Shown here: one piece after another, positions 47,361 through 56,385 of the stretch
How positions within the stretch are numbered: the stretch's first letter is position 1
Layout of the letters: every line of letters begins with the position of its first letter
NCBI GenBank assembly: GCA_021804105.1
Contig: JAJZKP010000004.1
Location: 1 to 59,852 of the forward strand
Direction of reading: 5' to 3'
DNA length: 59,852 bases
From: Candidatus Micrarchaeota archaeon
GTDB lineage: Archaea; Micrarchaeota; Micrarchaeia; Micrarchaeales; CABMGC01
Notes under the pieces: generated by a model
Database searches by the model: none
What the model saw: the letters and a program-made list of their open reading frames with translations, nothing else
What the model was told of the DNA's origin: nothing
Made by a program: the position numbers and the translations under genes

Positions 47361-47744
47361 TCAGGGTTTCTGCACATGGGCATGGTGCACCTCTATTCTC
47401 AGCAATATCCTGTCGCCGTGCTGCCTGTAGTTAGCACCGGTGTATTTCTGTGAGAGTTTGTCGACATGCTCCTCTGCGCCGGCCTTTGTCATTTCCACAA
47501 CCTTGCCCCGGAGGAAGACCGCGTCATAAGGATCATCCATGCTGAATATGCTGAGTGCCACCCTGGGATCGCGTCTTACGTTCTTCGCTTTGATCCTATC
47601 CTCGGTGGTATTGACAAGTACTGTATCACCATCCCTGTCGACCCATGTCACTGTCACTTGCGGGGATCCGTCAGGCATAAGCGTGGCTATGTTAATGAAG
47701 TTCTTTCCGTCTATAAGCTTCTTCGCCTTGCTCGGGAGTTCCAT
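47361..47744 (-). CDS. PPOX-class (F420/FMN-binding split-barrel) oxidoreductase
   Basis: ATL.PDG.PQ, W, R.KAKN.RRDPRVAL motifs. Start moved to MELP. Confidence 0.85.
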   Translation of the reverse strand: MELPSKAKKLIDGKNFINIATLMPDGSPQVTVTWVDRDGDTVLVNTTEDRIKAKNVRRDPRVALSIFSMDDPYDAVFLRGKVVEMTKAGAEEHVDKLSQKYTGANYRQHGDRILLRIEVHHAHVQKP

Positions 47745-47950
47745 AAAAACACCGCATAGTAATATGCATGGCATGCTTATTAGCTTGTTGCTTGCGTGCT
47801 TCACGCCCAGTTGCTTTTGTCCACGATACTGTAATATTCCCTGGAATCCAGATGCCAGTCACGGCGAATGGGACCTTTGCCGGATCCCATACCTGCTGCT
47901 ACCTTCCCGCGTTCTAGAGCTCTTCGTATTGCAGACTTATGCAGGATTGG

Positions 47951-49399
47951 TCAATTCATGGAAGGTGGCGGCGAACGGTCTATGATCCTTAACCTCTCCA
48001 CGTATTGTATGTATGGGTCTATGGCTTCGGCAAGCTGCGACTGGGGCAGCATGCAAAGGTACTTTATCCTATGCTCGAACTGCTCTTCGGAGAGTTGGCC
48101 AAGCGAGACGCTTTGCGCCAGATACACGGTGTATGGCGCCACATAGGACCTGTAGCTCGAAGAGCCCACATGGTAATCATTATTGGATAGAAGGTCATGG
48201 ACGTGCACATTGCGCATTATCCTGAATATCTCGGCAAGCTGCGTGTTGGAAAAATTGCCTCCCGCGGCACCGCGCAAATATTCGGTAGTAAGGACCTGCT
48301 GTACAGGCCTGAGGTCCCTGTATGACGATAGTGTATCTAGCAGGGATTCACGCGAAGGTGCATAGACCAGATCGTTGTCATGGTACAGCATCTTGTCCAT
48401 GAACTCCCCGAGCATATCCGTTATTATTGTGTCGTTGCCATTGAGCAGGCTGCCGTCATCAAACGGTTCGAGTATTCTTTTCATGAAATCCCTCTGCAGC
48501 AGATGGCCAGCTTCCTCAGCCACGTCTTCGTCGATATTCATGTATCTGCCCATTAAGGAGAGCATGAACCTGGCCAGGTTTGGGTGATCCGAATAGGCCA
48601 GCACCGTGTCTGCTACTATATCGCTGCAGAATTCTTCAACGAACTTGGCCGGGGCTTCCCCCACAGCAAACATAAAGTCTTCCCTTGCCAGTTCGTCTCC
48701 TCCACGCTTCAGATACAAGGCTCCGCAATATCGTTCGATTCCATCAAGTATTACAGTTATGAGTTCGGGGATGGACTTATATTTTAGCAACGGCATTAGA
48801 ATACGGTCAAGTATGTCCATGTCCTCTATGGCCATTGCATGGTTTGCAATGACAGTATATGCACCGAAGAGCTGATTCGGATTGATGCCGCTTAGAAGCT
48901 CCATCAGTTCCCTGCCGTGATCTGTGCGTATCAGGCGGATGTATCCGGAGAACATGTCCTCGTTGTCCTCTTCCTTGTCGTGATAAACCAATGCGGCATT
49001 GCTTATCCCATTGACAACGCCATGCAGTGCTGCGCTGCCAGAGTATGATTCCACTGTCTCCAGTACATAGCCATGCCTCATTCTCTCAGAGATTAGCTCA
49101 ATGCAGTCATGGCGCCCCAGGCATTCTTCGCTGTCTTCTGAGAGCGCAACTTCGAGCATTCCAAGGACCTGGGTCACTGAATCGCCGAATCGCTTGTATG
49201 CTGAGACAAGTCCTGCTGCTTCTGCTACTGTGCTTGCGCCGTATTTCAGGGCTATTCGCTCCATGTCCTTGAGTATAATGTCATTGAGAGCGCTATCGCA
49301 AGTCAGTGCCCCTGCAACTGCGTTTTTTGCTCCAGGGCCGGCCATGCTGCCTATCCTGTCCAGAGTTGTTGCGCTTCTATCAGCGTATCTGCCCTCCAT
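47951..49399 (-). CDS. Hypothetical all-helical protein, paralog of the next gene
   Basis: 482-aa ORF, collinear similarity with 49457-50881, TATA-like TTATTTATA upstream. Confidence 0.75.
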   Translation of the reverse strand: MEGRYADRSATTLDRIGSMAGPGAKNAVAGALTCDSALNDIILKDMERIALKYGASTVAEAAGLVSAYKRFGDSVTQVLGMLEVALSEDSEECLGRHDCIELISERMRHGYVLETVESYSGSAALHGVVNGISNAALVYHDKEEDNEDMFSGYIRLIRTDHGRELMELLSGINPNQLFGAYTVIANHAMAIEDMDILDRILMPLLKYKSIPELITVILDGIERYCGALYLKRGGDELAREDFMFAVGEAPAKFVEEFCSDIVADTVLAYSDHPNLARFMLSLMGRYMNIDEDVAEEAGHLLQRDFMKRILEPFDDGSLLNGNDTIITDMLGEFMDKMLYHDNDLVYAPSRESLLDTLSSYRDLRPVQQVLTTEYLRGAAGGNFSNTQLAEIFRIMRNVHVHDLLSNNDYHVGSSSYRSYVAPYTVYLAQSVSLGQLSEEQFEHRIKYLCMLPQSQLAEAIDPYIQYVERLRIIDRSPPPSMN

Positions 49400-49456
49400 G
49401 CAATGACACAGCTCTATCAGGTTGCAATCTAGGACTATAAATAATTTACCTGCAAC

Positions 49457-50881
49457 TCAGTTCATAGATGGGGTGCCCCTAAGGCTCTCTACGTAGCTAA
49501 GCATCTGGTAACGTTCCATCTCAGCAGAAAGGCCCTTGAGCGAGAGTGCAAGCAGGTAAATCACATTTTCCTTGAAATCTTCAGGGGTAATGTCTCCCTT
49601 GGCCGTCTGCTGTGCTAGTTCCATAACGCGCTTACCTACCATGAACTGCGCGGCGAAGTTGGGCCTGTATGCTCTTTCGAGAAGGCTCTCTACGTAATCG
49701 TACTTCATCATCTTAAGCATGCTTGCAAGTTGCTCGTCGCTGTTCGTCTCATCTACTACCCTATGCATATACTCCATTGCAAGGGTCATTTGCACTTCGG
49801 GCATTCCCTCATGCTTGTCGAGCAGGTCCAGGAGTACAGCGCGCGAATCCGCGAATTGGGCTTCTGATTCGATCATCTTCGATATAAATTCTGTAATTGT
49901 CTGGTGTACCGGATTATCCTGATCCTCAAGTATGTCATAATCATCAAAGCAGCGTATTATCCTCTTCATGTAGCCCTTGCGCACCTGCTTGGAGGCCATA
50001 AAGGACGCCTCTTCCCCAAGATTTGCATAACCGACCATTATGGGGAGCATTATCCTTGCAAGGGTCTCGCTTTCCGAGTACTCAAACACGGCGCTGCTAA
50101 CAGCATCGCTCGTAGCACGCTGGAGGTATAGGACTGGAGAGGCAAGCAGGACATGCCTGGCATTCTCGTCTATGCCTCGTATCATGCCCATCATGTCCCC
50201 AAGCCGCTCTAGTGCGGTTGTTATGTCAAGCAGTATTCCAGGCATGCCTTTGTATATGGCAAGCTCGGAGAGTATTCTGTCAACAAGCCCGGGATCACCG
50301 GAGACGCGTGCATACTGCTCTACAGAAGCATGGAGCGTGAACATGGCGCCATCATCCAGCGGGCCTAGGGATCTGGAGATGTCCCTGCCGTACTCCTTGC
50401 CAAGTGTCTCAACAAGACCCAGGAATGAAGGTTTTTCCTGTATTTCCCCAAGTGTGTGGTAGAAATATGCCGCACTTGCAATGCTGCTTATGGCTCCGGA
50501 AAACGCGGCCCTATCATCCGCATACGATTTAAGAGTGCGCATGACTACGTCATTGAGCATCCATTCTGAGAGGATGCTTGCACAATCGTGGTCTTCCTTG
50601 CACCTTCCCAAGTTGTCTGGAGTTACGAGTTCGAACATCACAAGCAGGTGCTCCTCGCTTCCAGGAAGACCTCTGTAAACTGCGATGGTCCTTGCAGCAG
50701 AGATCACTGAAGACTCCCTGTTGGTTGATTGGGCCAAGTTTTCCATTACATATAATATCTTATTGTCGTTTCTCTCATCGTTGGTGAGCAGTCTCTCTAC
50801 CGCCATCCTTGCGTCGAACGTGGTTGCGGCCTGTATCCGGTTTAATGCCGCAGTAGACCTCAAGTCTCGCTTGGCCTCCAT
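49457..50881 (-). CDS. Hypothetical all-helical protein, paralog of the previous gene
   Basis: Start moved to MEAKRD by alignment with the paralog's MEGRYA. Confidence 0.75.
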   Translation of the reverse strand: MEAKRDLRSTAALNRIQAATTFDARMAVERLLTNDERNDNKILYVMENLAQSTNRESSVISAARTIAVYRGLPGSEEHLLVMFELVTPDNLGRCKEDHDCASILSEWMLNDVVMRTLKSYADDRAAFSGAISSIASAAYFYHTLGEIQEKPSFLGLVETLGKEYGRDISRSLGPLDDGAMFTLHASVEQYARVSGDPGLVDRILSELAIYKGMPGILLDITTALERLGDMMGMIRGIDENARHVLLASPVLYLQRATSDAVSSAVFEYSESETLARIMLPIMVGYANLGEEASFMASKQVRKGYMKRIIRCFDDYDILEDQDNPVHQTITEFISKMIESEAQFADSRAVLLDLLDKHEGMPEVQMTLAMEYMHRVVDETNSDEQLASMLKMMKYDYVESLLERAYRPNFAAQFMVGKRVMELAQQTAKGDITPEDFKENVIYLLALSLKGLSAEMERYQMLSYVESLRGTPSMN

Positions 50882-50952
50882 AAAATCAGAAGAATTGAAA
50901 TGAATCGAATTTGCATCTATAAATAGTTTCTCTACAACAGCGAAGGCCAGCA

Positions 50953-52278
50953 ATGGGCGTGTGGGATAAGTGTTATGGTATTTTATTCATGATATTTCAA
51001 GATCCGATAGAGAAGATGGTTGACTCTACTATAGAGATAGGGCTTACAGTATTCATCATGTTGATAGCAATAGCACAGCTTATCGCGTTAAGGCTAAGGA
51101 TTCCGTATACTCTGATGTTGGTGTTCATAGGCATAGGAATAACGGCTTTCTCTACCCTTGCCCTCAGCCCAGGGTGGATACAGTTCTCAGTAAACCAGAT
51201 AGGCGCTTTATACAACCAGCTGGTAGGCACAGGTCTCTTTGTAGGGCTGATCGTACCGCCACTTCTCTTTGAGGCCATGATACATATACGCAGGAGAGAG
51301 CTGGTAGCGGTGTTCAGGCCAGCCTTAGCACTGGCTACCGTGGGGGTGGTGGTCTCGACGGTGGTGGCAGGCATAGTAGTATGGAAGATTGCAGGTATTT
51401 CCCTTTTTTCGGCATTGCTCTTTGCAGTGATTGTAGCCCCGACAGATACAATAACCATATTGCAAGTATTCAGACGCATAAAGGTTCCGGCAAGGCTTTC
51501 CACACTAATGGAAATTGAAGCTGCCTTCAATGACGCTAGTGCCATAGTCCTTTTTAGCATACTTATCTCTTCGGCAAAGCTGATCGACGCGCTTTCAATA
51601 TTGAATGGCATAGAGATATTCGTATATAATTTCCTGGCGGGCATAGCCATAGGCATAGCGATAGCTGTTGCTGCAGGGCGGATACACGCCTGGGTGAATG
51701 ACAAGCTTGCAGAAACAACGCTTACCATAGTAGCTGTTTATGGATCGTACGTACTCGCCACAAGCATAGGTGCATCTGGACTTATAGCTGTTGCCATAGT
51801 TGGGCTTTACTTTGGCAACAGCACAATGAAACGTGCAGTATCTAAAAGCGTAAAGGCTTCCATACTGTCATTTTGGGAGATAGCTGCATTCCTAGGAAAT
51901 GCTGTCGCATTCATGCTCATAGGTTTTGAGACAAACCTGGTGCTGTTCTTCGATGCGTCATTGCTTATATTGGTTGCCTACCTTGCAACCATAATAGCGC
52001 GAGTAGTTGCCGTATACCCGACATTTGCCATATTTAAGAGGCTTGGAAACGGAATGCCATCTGCTTGGGGCAACATTGCCACCATGGGAGGAGTCAGGGG
52101 GGCCCTTTCCATAGCACTCCTGGCCACGCTTGCAGGAACTGGAATACTCCCCAGTTCCGAATTGTCAGTGATAACGACCATGGTGTTAGGGGTTGTATTC
52201 ATTTCAATAATAGCGCAAGTTCCGATTCTCTCGCGCTATGCCAAGGGCATCTTTGGTAAGAAGACCGATAGTGCATAG
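50953..52278 (+). CDS. Na+/H+ antiporter, CPA1/NhaP family
   Basis: PPLLFE, APTD, E...ND, SG, GGVRGALS motifs. True start may be 50989 or 51016. Confidence 0.9.
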   Translation: MGVWDKCYGILFMIFQDPIEKMVDSTIEIGLTVFIMLIAIAQLIALRLRIPYTLMLVFIGIGITAFSTLALSPGWIQFSVNQIGALYNQLVGTGLFVGLIVPPLLFEAMIHIRRRELVAVFRPALALATVGVVVSTVVAGIVVWKIAGISLFSALLFAVIVAPTDTITILQVFRRIKVPARLSTLMEIEAAFNDASAIVLFSILISSAKLIDALSILNGIEIFVYNFLAGIAIGIAIAVAAGRIHAWVNDKLAETTLTIVAVYGSYVLATSIGASGLIAVAIVGLYFGNSTMKRAVSKSVKASILSFWEIAAFLGNAVAFMLIGFETNLVLFFDASLLILVAYLATIIARVVAVYPTFAIFKRLGNGMPSAWGNIATMGGVRGALSIALLATLAGTGILPSSELSVITTMVLGVVFISIIAQVPILSRYAKGIFGKKTDSA

Positions 52279-52299
52279 ACGCAGGTTGAGGCATTGCTG

Positions 52300-52338
52300 C
52301 TAAACTCGGAGCTTTTTAGATAAAGCTGCGAGTTTTAG
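52300..52338. repeat. Imperfect inverted repeat (15 pairs, one mismatch, one bulge)
   Basis: CTAAACTCGGAGCTTT-TTAGAT-AAAGCTGCGAGTTTTAG. Confidence 0.6.
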
Positions 52339-52463
52339 TAGGTTTAAGAATATTGGTCAGCTATTCCCGTATGCTCCAGATCGTGTTGGAGATAATCCAT
52401 TGTAGAAGAAACAAATGATACTTTGATTTATGTGTTTTGCGTATTTGTTATAATGTGTTTGTT

Positions 52464-53390
52464 ATGATATTCATTCAGGAAGCGATATATAAGAATAAAC
52501 GATCGTCGCCATCTTTAAGTTCGAAGGGTAGACCTAAGGCCCAGTCTGCAATGGAATATCTGATGACATATGGATGGGCTATTCTCATAATAGCAATAGT
52601 TCTAGGTGTGCTCTACTACTTGGGCGTATTCAATGCCACTAATCTGGCACCGCATGCACAGCCAAGTAGTTGCCAGGTCTACAGGCCGAATGGGCCAGGG
52701 AGCCCTCAGTTCCTTTCGCTACAGGGCACATGCGGGCTTCTGCCAACGTATGTGGGTGCATTCGGTAGTGGTTCTGATATATATGGTTCTGTACCCACGC
52801 TGCAAACTGCTACAGGCACGTACGACACAGTTTCTTTCTGGATGTATTGGGCAGGGTCCAGCGGCGAAGTCGTATATGGAGAAGGCGGATCTACAGAGGA
52901 TGGATACACATTGTATTTCCCTAGCTATAACAACTGTTTTGGCTTTAACACAAACCATGGCGACCTGTATGGGGTAAACGCCTTGCCGCTTGCAAACAAG
53001 TGGGTATTTGTAACTGCAGTAATGTACAATGGTGGCTCCTACGTAGGCAATTCCCTGCTATACATAAATGGGGTAAGCCAAGCCCTGACCCAGTGCTCTG
53101 GAACAGCAGAAACCGGATTATCATATACACCATATAACATATCCTATCCAGGCTACTATTTCAATGGAAAGCTTTCTAACTTACAAGTGTATAACAGCTC
53201 GCTATCTGCAAATGACATAAAAGCGCTTTACAATGAAGGTATCGGAGGAGCCCCGCTTGATCTTGAGAATCTAGTTGCATGGATACCTCTCAATGGAAAT
53301 TCGGATGATTACTCTGGTAATCTAAATAGTGGTACGGCAACATCAGTCGCATATACAAGTTCATGGACATCTGGCTATTCTGCGCCTTAA
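52464..53390 (+). CDS. Pilin-like class III signal peptide protein with LamG/concanavalin-like domain
   Basis: KAQ/SAMEYLMTYGWA; TVSFW, W.FVT, LYING, F.G.LSNLQ.YN..LS..I..LY. Start uncertain (track 52437). Confidence 0.85.
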   Translation: MIFIQEAIYKNKRSSPSLSSKGRPKAQSAMEYLMTYGWAILIIAIVLGVLYYLGVFNATNLAPHAQPSSCQVYRPNGPGSPQFLSLQGTCGLLPTYVGAFGSGSDIYGSVPTLQTATGTYDTVSFWMYWAGSSGEVVYGEGGSTEDGYTLYFPSYNNCFGFNTNHGDLYGVNALPLANKWVFVTAVMYNGGSYVGNSLLYINGVSQALTQCSGTAETGLSYTPYNISYPGYYFNGKLSNLQVYNSSLSANDIKALYNEGIGGAPLDLENLVAWIPLNGNSDDYSGNLNSGTATSVAYTSSWTSGYSAP

Positions 53391-53490
53391 AGCAATGATC
53401 TGGAGAGCCTTAGATGCAGAGGTACTCTATAACGGTGGGTTCTAAAATAGGATATCTATTGGTGCAAGCATATCGGGGTGCTAAGTCCTA

Positions 53491-53542
53491 ACTCAAGCGC
53501 ATCGCCCGATGCACAAGATGCGCTACAGGCACATCTCCGACA
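53491..53542 (-). repeat. att-like junction 1: tRNA-Asn 3'-end core plus hairpin arm
   Basis: 53495-53513 is identical to 59728-59746 (19 nt); 53500-53542 matches 54958-55000 at 39/43. Confidence 0.85.
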
Positions 53543-53552
53543 GTGCATCTTT

Positions 53553-53610
53553 ATAATGTCTTTCAGAGAGGCAATATTTAAATATTTATGTCTTCTATAT
53601 AAGACATTAT
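53553..53610 (+). promoter_or_regulatory. Symmetric promoter/operator of the AAA+ ATPase gene
   Basis: ATAATGTCTT (53553) and AAGACATTAT (53601) are reverse complements; ATGTCTT-N6-AAGACAT at 53588-53607; palindromic AATATTTAAATATT contains the TATA box. Confidence 0.55.
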
Positions 53611-54928
53611 GAAAGAGGAGTTCCGCTACGTGGTAAGTGAATGGCTTGCTAGGAAGCTGCCTGAGACCGTAGCGAGAGATGTAAACATAGACCTAAATGC
53701 AGACAAGATAATAGCAATAGCAGGGGTAAGGCGTGCCGGCAAGACCTATCTACTTTTCGACACGATAAAGAAGCTGGCTGGAAGCGGCGTGCCTAGGGAA
53801 AACATGCTTTACATAAATTTTGATGATGATAGGCTGATGGGCCTGGCGAGTGGCGACCTTGATGACATACTAAGCGCTTACTACGAACTGGCGCAGCCTA
53901 AAAAGGATTCTGGCATTTTTTTGTTCTTGGATGAGATACAGAACGTGAAGAACTGGGAGCTGTGGGTAAGGAGAACATACGATTCGAAGAAATGCAGGAT
54001 ATTCATAACGGGATCTAGCTCTAAACTTCTAAGCAGAGAGATTGCCACTTCGCTGGTAGGAAGGAATATAACCTATGTGTTATACCCTTTCTCTTTCAGA
54101 GAGTTTCTCTCAGCAAAAGGCGTAAGGCTAGGGAAGGACATCTTGCATAGCTATGAACGTCATAGAGTAAATGCCTTGGCTAAGGAGTATATGACAAATG
54201 GCGGGTTTCCAGAAACGGCATTTGAAACGGATAGTGAGACAAAGAAGAGGACAATAAGCTCATATTACGATGCAATATTGTACAGGGATATAATAAGCAG
54301 ATATAGGGTTGAGGATGCGAACAGGCTGGAGATGGTCTTCAGATATGCAATTAACACGTATAGCAGCGGGTTCAGCACTGTGAAACTCTACAACTACTTC
54401 AAGAGCCAGAACCTTGGGATAAGCAGGCAGACTATAAGCAATTTTATCAAGTTCGGAGAACAGACGTTCCTCTTCTACCAGCTATTGCAATTCTTTAAGG
54501 GCTTCAAAAGATCCAATCAGTCCAGGAAGAAGTTATATGTTGTTGACAATGCAATAATAACTCTGCTGATATCTAGCCCAGAATACGGAAAATTGCTAGA
54601 AAATATAGTCCTGATTGAACTTCTACGTAGGAAGGAAAGAAACCCGTCTATCGAGCTAAATTACTTAAACAACAAAGAGGGTGAGGTTGATTTTGTAGTT
54701 TCAGAAGGCGGATCTATAAAAGAGCTTATACAGGTGACTTACGAACTTAATCAAAAGAACATGGAGAGGGAACTGAGACCTCTCTTAAGCGCGATGAAGG
54801 AGCTCAAGCCCGAGAGATGTGTGCTAATAACCTTCAATGCCATAGGCAGGGAAACGGTTGTGGAAAAGGGCGTAGAGGCATTGACATTTGTGCAATGGGC
54901 ACTAGGTGCTTACGATAGGAAGCTATAG
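53609..54928 (+). CDS. AAA+ ATPase, AAA_14/DUF4143 family
   Basis: GVRRAGKT, YINFDD, FLDEIQ, ITGSSS, PFSFREF, GGFPE, KKLY..D, LEN, EVDF. Confidence 0.92.
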   Translation: MKEEFRYVVSEWLARKLPETVARDVNIDLNADKIIAIAGVRRAGKTYLLFDTIKKLAGSGVPRENMLYINFDDDRLMGLASGDLDDILSAYYELAQPKKDSGIFLFLDEIQNVKNWELWVRRTYDSKKCRIFITGSSSKLLSREIATSLVGRNITYVLYPFSFREFLSAKGVRLGKDILHSYERHRVNALAKEYMTNGGFPETAFETDSETKKRTISSYYDAILYRDIISRYRVEDANRLEMVFRYAINTYSSGFSTVKLYNYFKSQNLGISRQTISNFIKFGEQTFLFYQLLQFFKGFKRSNQSRKKLYVVDNAIITLLISSPEYGKLLENIVLIELLRRKERNPSIELNYLNNKEGEVDFVVSEGGSIKELIQVTYELNQKNMERELRPLLSAMKELKPERCVLITFNAIGRETVVEKGVEALTFVQWALGAYDRKL

Positions 54929-54947
54929 CTTGTGTCATAGGAGCAGA

Positions 54948-55000
54948 ACTTGAAGGCCATCGCCCGAAGCACAAGATGTGCCACAGGCACATCCCCGACA
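54948..55000 (-). repeat. att-like junction 2: tRNA-Asn 3'-end core plus hairpin arm
   Basis: 54948-54971 matches 59723-59746 at 21/24; contains the perfect hairpin GATGTGCC-ACA-GGCACATC. Confidence 0.85.
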
Positions 55001-55113
55001 AGGAAGTTTTAAATAATGTGTTTTAATTGATGTAAATCGTATAGATTTATTTAAACATATAAGGAACGTACAGAGAAGGTAGGATACTAAAACATATTAG
55101 TATGGTCTGATTT

Positions 55114-55638
55114 ATGGCTAAAAACAAGCATTTAATTTTTACTATAGGCCACTCAACACATAAGCTTAGAGAATTTGTGAGGTTGCTGGACGCATACAAG
55201 ATAAAGGAATTAGTAGATATACGTACCATACCTAAATCTCGGGTCAATCCGCAGTTCAACGAGAAACGACTTGCTGCTGGCCTAAAGAGGCATCGCATAC
55301 GCTACATGCATATGAAAGGACTCGGAGGCCTCAGGCACCCGTTGAAGAACTCAGCCAATACATACTGGTACAATGCGTCATTCAGAGGTTTCGCAGACTA
55401 TATGCAGACCAGCGAGTTCAGAGAGAGTCTCATCGAGCTTATAAGCCTGGCAAAGAAAAGGCAGACGGCCATAATGTGTGCAGAGGCAGTGCCATGGAGA
55501 TGTCATAGATCGCTGATAGCAGATGCACTTCTCGTCAGGGGTGTGGATGTCAGACACATCTTCAGTCCAACCAATTCAAAATCACACGAGCTAACAAAAA
55601 GCGCAAGGGTGAACAGATTGAATATAGTGTATAAATAA
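55114..55638 (+). CDS. DUF488 family protein
   Basis: TIGHS, DIR..P.S, LGG.R, MCAE...W.CHR motifs. Confidence 0.9.
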   Translation: MAKNKHLIFTIGHSTHKLREFVRLLDAYKIKELVDIRTIPKSRVNPQFNEKRLAAGLKRHRIRYMHMKGLGGLRHPLKNSANTYWYNASFRGFADYMQTSEFRESLIELISLAKKRQTAIMCAEAVPWRCHRSLIADALLVRGVDVRHIFSPTNSKSHELTKSARVNRLNIVYK

Positions 55639-55643
55639 CCGGC

Positions 55644-56081
55644 ATGCAAGAGATAATCGGTGCGTTTATGGATAATGTTGCTGCAACGAGCAAGATGGTA
55701 AAGCTTTACATAGCTACGGGATTCTTGTATTTCGTAATCGGTACGATACTTCTTGCTTTTAGCATGTCAGGCGCAGTCGCTGTAAGTAGAGACCCGATAT
55801 TCATACTATTATTGTATGGCTTTGTCACACAGCTGATTTTTGGCGTTTCGTACATCTTCGTGCCTGGAGTTTCCCGACATAGCGGGGCCAATTACAAGGC
55901 AATAATTGCAGAATACATTCTTCTGAATTCAGGGATAATTGTATTTGAGGGTGTTGCACTTACTGGCCGGAAGGATGTTGTGGTGCTACTTGGAGGTCTA
56001 ATAGCGTTAATTATAGCTGTCCTGCTGCATGCAATTAACATATGGCACACGATAATTGGCAGGAAAAAAGGTACGGTGTGA
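55644..56081 (+). CDS. Four-TM membrane protein, distantly heme-copper-oxidase-subunit-I-like
   Basis: L.GF..Q.I.G..Y...P motif and four hydrophobic segments. Confidence 0.55.
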   Translation: MQEIIGAFMDNVAATSKMVKLYIATGFLYFVIGTILLAFSMSGAVAVSRDPIFILLLYGFVTQLIFGVSYIFVPGVSRHSGANYKAIIAEYILLNSGIIVFEGVALTGRKDVVVLLGGLIALIIAVLLHAINIWHTIIGRKKGTV

Positions 56082-56385
56082 TTATAACATTATGTCATCC
56101 TGTCCAACGCTTCATTCCTTGCCTTGTCATCTATATAATCGTCAATCAATGGGCATATGTCTCCCTCTCCATCTTATGATGCCCTATCGCCAGCTGCTCC
56201 AGATTCGTCTCCGGTTCATATCTCTGTTCTTTAATCTTGTAAATATTCTGTTTAAATCACACTTATCTTATGGTGCTGCAATACCTGCCCGCCTATCATT
56301 GCCGAACCTTCTTCCAGCCTCTGTTTGGCGTGAGTGGCGTATAGCAATTTAAATGGTTTAGTCGCATATTAGTATAGGGGGTTAG

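Noticed and set aside
56090-56350. Minus-strand fragments resembling a tyrosine integrase C-terminus (IRHSRQT; AIGHHKMERETYAH) or, in another frame, a DUF4258-like YATHAKQRL
   Set aside because: The fragments are separated by stops and frame changes, the RHS-to-GH distance (about 50 codons) is roughly twice the usual, and two unrelated families fit equally well. A tBLASTn/HMM search would settle it.
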